NCBI GenBank assembly: GCA_038890745.1
Contig: JAWAFD010000005.1
Span: 22,436 to 86,435, forward strand
Direction of reading: 5' to 3'
Length of the DNA stretch: 64,000 nucleotides
From: Candidatus Anstonellales archaeon
GTDB taxonomy: Archaea; Micrarchaeota; Micrarchaeia; Anstonellales; J096
The translations under genes and the position numbers were made by a program. Below the pieces are notes generated by a model that was not told the DNA's origin, searched no databases, and saw nothing but the letters and a program-made list of their open reading frames with translations. Each line of letters starts with the position of its first letter. Position 1 is the first letter of the stretch. Below are positions 10,536 through 18,847 of the stretch, in pieces.

Positions 10536-11660
10536 TCACCCTGTAAACCTTGAAAATCCATACATGAAAAATTCCCCTCCCAGTGCAATCGAGATGGAGC
10601 GGTAGGCACTAACCACTATAAGAGTGACTGAAACGAAGAATATTGTAAGCGTTGTGCTCAGCTCGATCACTGCTGGAATGAAAACGTCCATAACAGGAAC
10701 GAAAACCTCCGGAACCGTACTCATGAATTGAAACTTTATTACTGCCGTAAATTGCAATACGGCCATAAGAACAAATGCAGCACTGTACAGGAAGTCAACT
10801 ATATGTTCGCATACGTTATAGGGAAGAAGCCAGAAAAGCGGGATGCATATCGCAACATCGTAAACAAAATCCGTCGGTTGGACAAATGACTGAAATAATG
10901 GCGAGCATACAACTGGTGCAAACTTACTAATCCTCATAGGGTCTGGAATACTGCGATCCATTGACATTTCCTCAATATTATTCACAATCTCATTGTAATG
11001 AGGCATGGAAACTGCGACATCAAGAAAATCCCCGACAACAACAACCGCAGCAGGAAGAACTATGGCTGCTGAAAGGGCTAATGCGATCAGGGTCGCACCT
11101 ATTTTTCTTGTTCCCGGCATAAGCCTGAACGCAAATGCAATGGGCATGAGCCAGTCCTTTGCTATCCACGCTGCAAATGGGATTAAGATTTTCAGCGAGA
11201 CAATCGCAAAATAGAATGTGGAAAGAACATTTCCTATTCCATGGAGAGAAGAGGAAACAGGACCAAGCCCACGAAATGGCGCCTGACCCATATTAAGCTG
11301 AAAAATTGAGATGGGAATGGCTATATTGTAGCTTAGGCCGGCATACTGCCCTACTCGTGTGAGAACAGCGGAATACTGAACAAATAAAAATTTTGTTTTG
11401 TTTTCAAATTTTTCCAGCAAAGAGCCAGAAAAGTCCCCCACATTTTCATAGCCTGTGTAGGTTTTTATGAGTGAGTCTATTGAGTTTAGCATCCCAAAAA
11501 TTATTATGAGGAGCAGGATTCCTGTTATGGTTGCCCTCACCTCCTCTTTCACTTTCGCATCGAACTGAGGGTTGTTCAGAATTCCGGCGAGCATGAACCC
11601 AAGTGCTATCACAAGAATCGAAATGCCTATGATCGCAGGTAGGCAAAAGAATGGGTCCAT
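10536..11660 (-). CDS. Multi-pass membrane protein, CedA/VirB6-like paralog 1
   Basis: Start moved to ATG 11660 (MDPFF), which avoids overlap with the divergent gene. Motifs NNPQFDAKVKEEV, LMPIAFAFRLMPGTRKIGATLIALALSAAIVLP, ALGGE. Confidence 0.7.
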   Translation of the reverse strand: MDPFFCLPAIIGISILVIALGFMLAGILNNPQFDAKVKEEVRATITGILLLIIIFGMLNSIDSLIKTYTGYENVGDFSGSLLEKFENKTKFLFVQYSAVLTRVGQYAGLSYNIAIPISIFQLNMGQAPFRGLGPVSSSLHGIGNVLSTFYFAIVSLKILIPFAAWIAKDWLMPIAFAFRLMPGTRKIGATLIALALSAAIVLPAAVVVVGDFLDVAVSMPHYNEIVNNIEEMSMDRSIPDPMRISKFAPVVCSPLFQSFVQPTDFVYDVAICIPLFWLLPYNVCEHIVDFLYSAAFVLMAVLQFTAVIKFQFMSTVPEVFVPVMDVFIPAVIELSTTLTIFFVSVTLIVVSAYRSISIALGGEFFMYGFSRFTG

Positions 11661-11721
11661 CGCTAGGAGTTGAAAGTAAGCGCTTAAAAATGTTTTGTAT
11701 TCAAAGAAACAAGGGGAGAGT

Positions 11722-12567
11722 ATGAGAAAAATTATTGTATTGCTTATTGTGTTGGGAATGTTCGGAAGCGTGTTTGCAGCCACAGAGCAAAAGCTCGAGA
11801 TAATAGTAAAGGAGGTTAAGCCAGTTGTTTCCATGCAACCAATGAATTGCGACCCTGCAAACAACGGACCATTCAAGTTTATGATAACCCTTGGGTTTAA
11901 CAACGATTATCAAGTAGATGTTCCGGTATACTACTCGCTCTATGACATGAGAACAGGGGTATGGGTTGATAAGGACCTTCTTCTCGTTGTGGATGAGGGG
12001 AATATTGAGGATAAACAGGTTCAGTTTGATTTCTACTATGGAGGAAAAGGGAATGGAACGGTTGAGGTTCCGGCAATAGAGTTAAGGTATGCAGACCCTC
12101 TGCATGAAGGACTTACTATTAGAAAAAATATTACACTAACCGTTGACCACTGGGAAACAACAAATGAAATAATGGTTAAAAGGAACCTCGCGGAGATCGA
12201 GGGTTTGGTTTCTCAGATTGAAGAAAAGGGATGCGATGCTAGTGAGATCAAAAACAAAATAACTGAGATAAAAAACCTTTTGACAATATGCGAATGCCCA
12301 AATGCAAACAAACTCGCAACGCAAGTGAAATCACGGGCAAGTACTTTGCTTGCAGAATGCGTTCCTCCTGCTCCTGAGGAGGAGGAAGAGGAAATAAACA
12401 TAACCCCTCCGGAAGAGGAGAAACCACATGAGGAGGAAAAACCACCAGTAATAGAGCAACCTAAGGAAGAAGAGGAAGAAGAACCGGTGAAAGAACAGCC
12501 CGGCATGTGCCCATCGGCATTCGTTTTGGCAGCACTTGGGGTGGCGTTAGCTAAATGGGAGTATTAG
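11722..12567 (+). CDS. Exported surface protein with acidic/Pro linker and C-terminal Cys-hydrophobic sorting-like tail
   Basis: Signal peptide MRKIIVLLIVLGMFGSVFA; PEEEEEE/PPEEEKP linker; ends GMCPSAFVLAALGVALAKWEY. Confidence 0.75.
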   Translation: MRKIIVLLIVLGMFGSVFAATEQKLEIIVKEVKPVVSMQPMNCDPANNGPFKFMITLGFNNDYQVDVPVYYSLYDMRTGVWVDKDLLLVVDEGNIEDKQVQFDFYYGGKGNGTVEVPAIELRYADPLHEGLTIRKNITLTVDHWETTNEIMVKRNLAEIEGLVSQIEEKGCDASEIKNKITEIKNLLTICECPNANKLATQVKSRASTLLAECVPPAPEEEEEEINITPPEEEKPHEEEKPPVIEQPKEEEEEEPVKEQPGMCPSAFVLAALGVALAKWEY

Positions 12568-12887
12568 ATTTGTTGTTAGGATGGCTAAAAGGAAAGCCTA
12601 AGTATGCAGAAAAAAAGTACAAGTGCCCAAACTGCGGGGAAGAAATAACATTAGATATGGAAAGATGCCCGAAGTGCGGGACAAGAATAAAGAGCATGTT
12701 CAGAAAAAAATGCCCGAAGTGTGGAACCGCAAACCAGATTGATGCGAAAAAATGCGAGAAATGCGGGTTTGATTTTGAGGAGCTCGAAGTAAAGGAGAGG
12801 AAAACAATATACAGATGTCCGAGATGCGGGTACAAAATGGATTATTATGCAACAAGATGTCCTTCCTGCGGGATAAAATTTATGTGA
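12555..12887 (+). CDS. Multi zinc-ribbon (DZR-like) protein
   Basis: Six CxxC motifs in three pairs. Confidence 0.85.
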   Translation: MGVLDLLLGWLKGKPKYAEKKYKCPNCGEEITLDMERCPKCGTRIKSMFRKKCPKCGTANQIDAKKCEKCGFDFEELEVKERKTIYRCPRCGYKMDYYATRCPSCGIKFM

Positions 12888-12896
12888 GGGAGGAAA

Positions 12897-13481
12897 ATGG
12901 CGAACCCATTTACTAAAAAAGAAGAGGAGGTAAAAGCTCCTCCTGCTGCAAAGAAAAAAAGGACATATGAACTCGCTGTGGATGAGGAGGAGGCAGAAAT
13001 AAAGAAGCTGGACATAGATGATTTTGAGGATGTAATTTCCATAATGAGAAGGGCCATGTTTGAGATAGGGAAGGCAGAGGCAAAGCAGATTGAAGAGATC
13101 CTGAAGCTTGGTGCGAGCTATGGTGCGTATGTGGACAGGATGCTTGTTGCTGTTGGTTTGGCATGGCCCATATCTTTTGACAGAGCAACAAAAGTAATAG
13201 GAAAAGGACCGGCTAATGCCCTGTATTTAGAGGATGTTGCGCTTTTGCTTGCTTATGAAGGGAAAGGAATAAGACAGAAACTTGTTAAAGCAAGGGAGGA
13301 TGAAGCAAGGGCACTTGGGCTGAAATATGTAGTTGCGATAGCGAGCGAGGAGGTACCCAAGGAGGAGAATGTAATAGAGGTAATAAAAGAAAGGGGAACA
13401 AAAATAGAAAAGGTTTATTTGGAGAGAGGGTATAGTTTTTTCAAATCAAAAATAGGGTTGATTGCATTTAAGGAAGTTTAG
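12897..13481 (+). CDS. GNAT-family N-acetyltransferase
   Basis: Motif A LYLEDVALLLAYEGKGIRQKL and C-terminal VYLERGY. Confidence 0.75.
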   Translation: MANPFTKKEEEVKAPPAAKKKRTYELAVDEEEAEIKKLDIDDFEDVISIMRRAMFEIGKAEAKQIEEILKLGASYGAYVDRMLVAVGLAWPISFDRATKVIGKGPANALYLEDVALLLAYEGKGIRQKLVKAREDEARALGLKYVVAIASEEVPKEENVIEVIKERGTKIEKVYLERGYSFFKSKIGLIAFKEV

Positions 13482-13483
13482 CG

Positions 13484-13660
13484 CTACCGTCTATAAATTT
13501 TCTTTCTATGAGCTATTTTAAACACAAATATCGTTCTCTTGACTTCATCGATGCCGAGTATTATTCTGCAATCTCCGGCTCTGAGTCGGAACGCATCCAA
13601 CCCAGCAATATATCTTAGTATACAAAACACTAAAAAATGTTGCGGAACTTCGGCCAACAA
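13484..13660 (-). pseudogene. relE: 5'-truncated RelE/StbE toxin remnant
   Basis: Hand translation LLAEVPQHFLVFCILRYIAGLDAFRLRAGDCRIILGIDEVKRTIFVFKIAHRKKIYRR* matches the C-terminal half of the RelE at 32108-32362. In-frame stop just upstream; no antitoxin next to it. Confidence 0.75.
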
Positions 13661-13693
13661 AAGTTTTTATATCGAATGCAACAAAATCTATCC

Positions 13694-14635
13694 ATGGATT
13701 TTGAGTTTGCGGTTAAGTTTCCTTTCAGCAATGATGCAAAGAGGATAATAGAGGAGAAAAAACCGGAGATAAGAGATGAGATAATAGAAAGGGCATTGGA
13801 AAGGTTGAGGCATGCATTCAGAACCGGCAGGGTAATGATGGGAACCCCAATAAGTTTACAGGAAAAATTTGAAGAGATTCTCATATACGCGGTTTCCAGG
13901 ATAATTCTTGCAAGCGTAAACAATCCTTTTTTAACTAATAAATATGCTGTTGCATGGGCAAAGAGCGCTTATGAAAAAATGAGTTTCGAAGAAGCGGAGA
14001 GAATAGGGAAGGAGTTGGGAATAGAAAAGGTTGAGAGGGATGGGGAGATTTTTCTACCCATAGGGACGTATTTGGAGTTTGCACCCGAGGATGTGGCGTA
14101 CTCCCTTGTAAATAGAGAAATTGATAGCGGGTATGTTAAGATAAAGGAAAGGGAATTCCTTAGGATCGTACAGGAGGGAGTTAAAAAACATCTTGAAAAA
14201 CTTCCGCGTGGCAGGGTGAGGGATGAGAGAATAAAAAAAGCAGGGGAGCAGCTCTTAGAATTCCTCCCAAAAGTTGATGCAAAAACAACCGGCGCTATAA
14301 AAGGCGAGCACCCACCTTGCATAAAATCTCTTTTGGAGCAGGTGTATAAGCACGAAAACTTAGGCCATCACGCAAGATGGAGCTTGGCTGTTTATTTTGT
14401 GAACAAGCGGGTTAATACAGATGCAATAGTTTCCCTCCTCTCAAACCTTCCGGATTATAGCGAGAAAAAAACTAGGTATTATGTTGAGCATGCGAAAAAG
14501 AAGGGGTATGTTATGCCATCCTGCGAAACGATGAGGGCATACGGGCTATGCGTTGCAGAATGCGGAATAAAAAATCCATTGAATTGGGGTAAGAAATATG
14601 CTGGAGGAAAGGGAAAAGAACTGGATAAAGAGTAG
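13694..14635 (+). CDS. priL: DNA primase large subunit
   Basis: FAVKFPF N-terminus; Fe-S cysteines HPPCI...MPSCETM...CVAEC..KNPL. Start moved to 13694. Confidence 0.92.
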   Translation: MDFEFAVKFPFSNDAKRIIEEKKPEIRDEIIERALERLRHAFRTGRVMMGTPISLQEKFEEILIYAVSRIILASVNNPFLTNKYAVAWAKSAYEKMSFEEAERIGKELGIEKVERDGEIFLPIGTYLEFAPEDVAYSLVNREIDSGYVKIKEREFLRIVQEGVKKHLEKLPRGRVRDERIKKAGEQLLEFLPKVDAKTTGAIKGEHPPCIKSLLEQVYKHENLGHHARWSLAVYFVNKRVNTDAIVSLLSNLPDYSEKKTRYYVEHAKKKGYVMPSCETMRAYGLCVAECGIKNPLNWGKKYAGGKGKELDKE

Positions 14636-15665
14636 GTTCAGAAGGTATTACGTTAAGCATGAGCTTAAGCCGGATGCGGTTGAGCAGAGAGAGTTTGGGT
14701 ATGGGAATTGGGAGAAGAAGATAGAGGCAAGGCATCTTTCTTTTGAAAATTCCGAAAAACTTAATGAATTTCTACGCGAGCATGCCCCCCTTTATGTTTC
14801 CCGATCGACCGCATACTACGAGCGGCCAGCAGCCCAGCCGATGAACAATAAAGGATGGAGAGGAAGCGACCTTGTTTTTGATTTGGATGCTGAGATGGAA
14901 ATTTTTGACAGGGGAATTTTTGAGAAAGTGCGCTCTGATGCGATAAGATTAATAGAGGAGTTCTTGATCCCTGAATTTGGGGTGGATAAGAATAAGATTG
15001 CTTTAGTTTTCTCCGGGAATAGAGGGTTTCATGTCCATGTTTTTGATGAGAGGTTTAGGATGCTTGGGAGAGAAGCAAGAAGAGAGATAGCCTCCTACCT
15101 GGCTGGCATTGGCCTGGATTATAAAAAATTTTTTGATGTGGATAAGAAAAGCAAAAAAATACTAGGACCAACACCAAAGGAAGCAGGGTATAGAGGAAGG
15201 TTTGCGAGAATGGTTATAAAAACGCTTGAAACAGAGCCGGAAAAAATAAGCAGAATTTTTAACGAGGAGAATGAAAAGAAGAGGTTTGTCAAAGGTATTG
15301 AAGAAGGCGTGTGGAGCAGAACAAGGCTACCAAAAGTTATCGCGAGGTTGGATGGAGTTGCGAAGGAGCTTCCTGTAAAAAGCATAAATGTTGATGTTGG
15401 GGTTACTCAGGATACATCAAAATTGATAAGGCTGCCCGGCTCCCTCCATGGTTCAAGTGGACTAATAGTTCTACCAACAAATACATACGATATAGAAATA
15501 GAGGATGCGATTGCATTCAGAAAGGAAAGAGTAAAGATAAAGCTGAAGGAAAGCGTGAGTGTGGAAATAGGCGAGGGAATAAAGGCTGAAAAGGGTATGA
15601 TTGTTGATGTGCCCGAATACCTCGCCCTCTATCTTTTATTAAAAAACAAAGCAAACTTACTCTGA
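14598..15665 (+). CDS. priS: DNA primase small (catalytic) subunit
   Basis: DLVFDLD, FSGNRGFHVHV, LIRLPGSLHG motifs. Confidence 0.95.
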   Translation: MLEEREKNWIKSRFRRYYVKHELKPDAVEQREFGYGNWEKKIEARHLSFENSEKLNEFLREHAPLYVSRSTAYYERPAAQPMNNKGWRGSDLVFDLDAEMEIFDRGIFEKVRSDAIRLIEEFLIPEFGVDKNKIALVFSGNRGFHVHVFDERFRMLGREARREIASYLAGIGLDYKKFFDVDKKSKKILGPTPKEAGYRGRFARMVIKTLETEPEKISRIFNEENEKKRFVKGIEEGVWSRTRLPKVIARLDGVAKELPVKSINVDVGVTQDTSKLIRLPGSLHGSSGLIVLPTNTYDIEIEDAIAFRKERVKIKLKESVSVEIGEGIKAEKGMIVDVPEYLALYLLLKNKANLL

Positions 15666-16049
15666 TTTTTTCTGCATCCTCAACCTTGGTGGAATAAGGG
15701 GTGGCGCGGTGTTCAGGACCTTCGCAATTATCGTTCCATTCGCCGCCCCCATAAAATTAATATTATTCAAAGCTACTTCCATGTATTCATCCGGAAGCTT
15801 CTTGTCCTTTTTCCATGCATCAAGAATTGCTTTTTTTGTTTTTTCATTCTCCTTTGCGAATATCGTTCCACCTATCTTTATCTCCCCGGCATCCTCTCTG
15901 TAAGCCGCGATGTACTCGTAATCTATCTCAATCATATCCTCGTTCTTGCTTTCCCGCACATCCTTGAAACCTATCCTTATGTCCAGTCCTTTTATCTCTT
16001 TTTCTCCTCTCTTAGCCTCTATGGAGCTTACCCTGTTTCCAACTATCAT
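15657..16049 (-). CDS. Conserved archaeal hypothetical protein (possibly SecB-like fold)
   Basis: GGTGA RBS, typical composition, C-terminal LNTAPPLIPP. Family assignment uncertain. Confidence 0.6.
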   Translation of the reverse strand: MIVGNRVSSIEAKRGEKEIKGLDIRIGFKDVRESKNEDMIEIDYEYIAAYREDAGEIKIGGTIFAKENEKTKKAILDAWKKDKKLPDEYMEVALNNINFMGAANGTIIAKVLNTAPPLIPPRLRMQKKSE

Positions 16050-16114
16050 ACGCTCACCTCTTTTGTTTATGTAAGCATTATTATTAAAAACCTTCTCAAA
16101 TGCAAATTTAAAAC

Positions 16115-17128
16115 ATGTCCAACATAATTCTTGGGCTTACGGGTGAGAACTGCTCCGGAAAAACAACTGTTGCTGAGTACTTAAAGAAAAGGGGCTTCTA
16201 CTACCTTTCACTCTCTGATGTAATAAGGGAGGAGGTTACAAAGGAAGGAATGTCGCTTACAAGAGAAAACTTGGTGAAAAAAGGGAATGAGATGAGGAAA
16301 AGGTTTGGGGAGGGGGTTCTTGCAAAACTTACAATAAAGAAAATGGAGAAGGGTAAGAATTATGTTGTGGACTCAATAAGGAATCCGGGTGAGGTTGAGG
16401 AGCTTAAAAAACTGAAGAATTTTTATTTGATATATGTTAATGCTCCGGCTGAGGTTAGATTTGAGAGGATAAAGAAAAGGGGAAGGGAAGAAGACCCGCA
16501 AACCTTGGAGGAGTTTTTGAAACTAGAGAAGATGGAGGAGGAGAGCAGGGAGAGTTATAAACAGCAATTGAAAAAAACTGCGAAAATGGCTGATTTTACA
16601 ATTCTAAACGATTCCACTTTGGAGAGGTTACAGGATAGCGTTGATGGTGTTTTGAAAAATATTCTTGGAAGGTTTGAATTTGAAAGGCCGGTTTGGGATG
16701 AGTACTTTATGAATATAGCGAAGGTCGTTTCTTCCCGAGCTAATTGCATAAAAAGGAAGATAGGTGCTGTTATTGTGAAGGATAAGAGAGTAATAAGCAC
16801 GGGCTACAACGGAACTCCGAGAGGGGTTAAAAACTGCTATGAGGGAGGATGCCCTAGGTGCAATTCGTTTAGCGAGAGCGGAAAAAACTTAGAATCCTGT
16901 TTTTGCGCGCATGCTGAAGAGAACGCAATCGTCCAGGCAGCATACCATGGGGTAAGCGTGAAAGGAGGGGTGCTTTACACTACATACTCCCCTTGTCTAT
17001 ATTGCGCCAGAATGATAATAAATGCTGGAATTGTTGAAGTTGTTTATAATGAGCAGTATCCCCTTGCTGAGGACGCGCTTGAGTTGTTGAAAGCCGCTGG
17101 GGTAAAAGTAAGGGGGATGAGGGTTTAA
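16115..17128 (+). CDS. Fusion of NMP/dephospho-CoA-kinase-like P-loop domain and dCMP deaminase
   Basis: N-terminal GENCSGKT; C-terminal WDEYFM, GYNGTPRG, HAEENA, PCLYC zinc motifs. Confidence 0.88.
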   Translation: MSNIILGLTGENCSGKTTVAEYLKKRGFYYLSLSDVIREEVTKEGMSLTRENLVKKGNEMRKRFGEGVLAKLTIKKMEKGKNYVVDSIRNPGEVEELKKLKNFYLIYVNAPAEVRFERIKKRGREEDPQTLEEFLKLEKMEEESRESYKQQLKKTAKMADFTILNDSTLERLQDSVDGVLKNILGRFEFERPVWDEYFMNIAKVVSSRANCIKRKIGAVIVKDKRVISTGYNGTPRGVKNCYEGGCPRCNSFSESGKNLESCFCAHAEENAIVQAAYHGVSVKGGVLYTTYSPCLYCARMIINAGIVEVVYNEQYPLAEDALELLKAAGVKVRGMRV

Positions 17129-17176
17129 AAGTTAGGTTTATAAATAGTTTATAGGAAAAATAAATATGGTGATTGT

Positions 17177-18847
17177 ATGGCAGAACCAAAAGAAAAATAT
17201 CCTGTTGCGATAATGCCTGCAGATGCATTAGCATATGCTGAACCAAAACAAAAAAAGAGGATAAAAGAACAAAAAGAACAGCCAAAAAAAGAGATTAAAA
17301 AAACATATAACGAATTGAAGGTGGGCGATGAGGTTATTGTTTCCACTGATATGGGCGGTCCTTTTGGTAGGTATGATTTTCATGGAAAGGTCGTAAAAGT
17401 TACTGATTATGCGGTAATGATTGAAGCTCCTGTTACTGAGGAATGGAGAAATTATTGGAAGGCAACTCTGCACAGCATGGCTCCAATACTACCAGTACCC
17501 TACTCTATACTCTTAGGGGAGCTTGGCACAGACCCGTTTGGTTTTTGGGACTGGATGAAAAAAAATGCCGCGGATAAATTAGGAGGATGGGCATCTAGGA
17601 TCGAAGTAAGACCAACAAAAAAGGGATCTGTTTTGAGATATATTCTATACAAAGGCGATATTGAGAAGGGATACGTAAAAGAGTTGAAAGTCGGGGGGGA
17701 AGCAAAAACTTATCCTGGTGAATATGGTGGCAAGCCAATCCCAGCACCCGAAATGTTAAAGGAAGAAAAGCCAAAAAAAACCGGGGTAGGAGGGGCAAGA
17801 CCAAGGGTCGGAAGAAAGGCGGTTTCAAAAACTGAAATTGAAGAACTTGAGGGAAAAACAACAGAAGAACTTTTCAGCATGATTACACTGCAGTATGATG
17901 TGCCTGGAAAGTATAAGGGGTACAGCTATATGGGCGGTGCGAATGGTTTGCAGAGCGGGATAGAAGTTGCAATTGTCCAAATTTTGGCAAACAGACTTTT
18001 TGGAGCAAATTTACTGGTAAATGGAGTGTATGATGCAGAAACCATGGCTGCTGTTAAAGCACTCCAAGGAAGGGTAGGGGTTACGCAGGATGGGTATTTT
18101 GGAATTGATACCAAAACTGCACTTGGGGAATACTTAAAAATGAGGGCACCACCGAAAGAAGAGGAAGGGGAAGGGGGAGCTCCACCGGGAGAAAAACCAG
18201 TTGCTCCAACTCCAGGAGAAGCCGTGTTAGGAAGATTTGTCTTTACAAGAGAGATTGATAGGGATTACGTAAAACCACCGAAAGGACCAACCCAACTGAT
18301 GGACGAAAATTTCTATGTCAAGACAGATAGTGGATGGCTGACCGCAAAGGAGCTAGTAAGAAAAGACCTAAATGAAATAGACAAAAACTGGGAGACAGAT
18401 AAGGCCACAGCTGCAACTGTGGCATCAAAGGAGAACTGGAATACTAGAACGCTAACCAGAAAAAATATTGGTGTATTCTCTTGGGCAAACACAAAAAAAG
18501 TTTTATTCCCATACCTATATGCAAGTGGACAGATGGTTGAATTTAGAACATGGGAACCACTGGAAATCAAAAATGAGGAAGGAGAGGTAGTATTAAGAGT
18601 AGCTGCTGGGCAAGTTGTGCAAGGAGTAATCAGAGAATATGATGAAGGAGGAAAGGACGGGAGTATTACAATGGAGGTTACCGCAGTATTAGATGATTTT
18701 ACTGTTAATGGAGGAAAGCCAATAAAACCCAGCGGGGAAGAAACCAAACCCTCACCTGCTGTTGCAGCTATACCTACACCTACGGTTGCAGAAGGGGAGG
18801 AGGTATCTGATTTGCCGCCTCCGGCAGCAGAAAGGGACTATTCTTAA
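17177..18847 (+). CDS. Hypothetical protein with central peptidoglycan-binding-like (PG_binding_1) domain
   Basis: EVAIVQIL...VNGVYDAETMAAVKALQGRVGVTQDGYFGIDTKTAL fits the PGBD DGxxGxxT double-motif pattern. Confidence 0.7.
   Translation: MAEPKEKYPVAIMPADALAYAEPKQKKRIKEQKEQPKKEIKKTYNELKVGDEVIVSTDMGGPFGRYDFHGKVVKVTDYAVMIEAPVTEEWRNYWKATLHSMAPILPVPYSILLGELGTDPFGFWDWMKKNAADKLGGWASRIEVRPTKKGSVLRYILYKGDIEKGYVKELKVGGEAKTYPGEYGGKPIPAPEMLKEEKPKKTGVGGARPRVGRKAVSKTEIEELEGKTTEELFSMITLQYDVPGKYKGYSYMGGANGLQSGIEVAIVQILANRLFGANLLVNGVYDAETMAAVKALQGRVGVTQDGYFGIDTKTALGEYLKMRAPPKEEEGEGGAPPGEKPVAPTPGEAVLGRFVFTREIDRDYVKPPKGPTQLMDENFYVKTDSGWLTAKELVRKDLNEIDKNWETDKATAATVASKENWNTRTLTRKNIGVFSWANTKKVLFPYLYASGQMVEFRTWEPLEIKNEEGEVVLRVAAGQVVQGVIREYDEGGKDGSITMEVTAVLDDFTVNGGKPIKPSGEETKPSPAVAAIPTPTVAEGEEVSDLPPPAAERDYS

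Noticed and set aside
12375..12500. GAG/GAA-rich quasi-repeat
   Set aside because: It encodes a Glu/Pro linker and is not a DNA-level repeat element.
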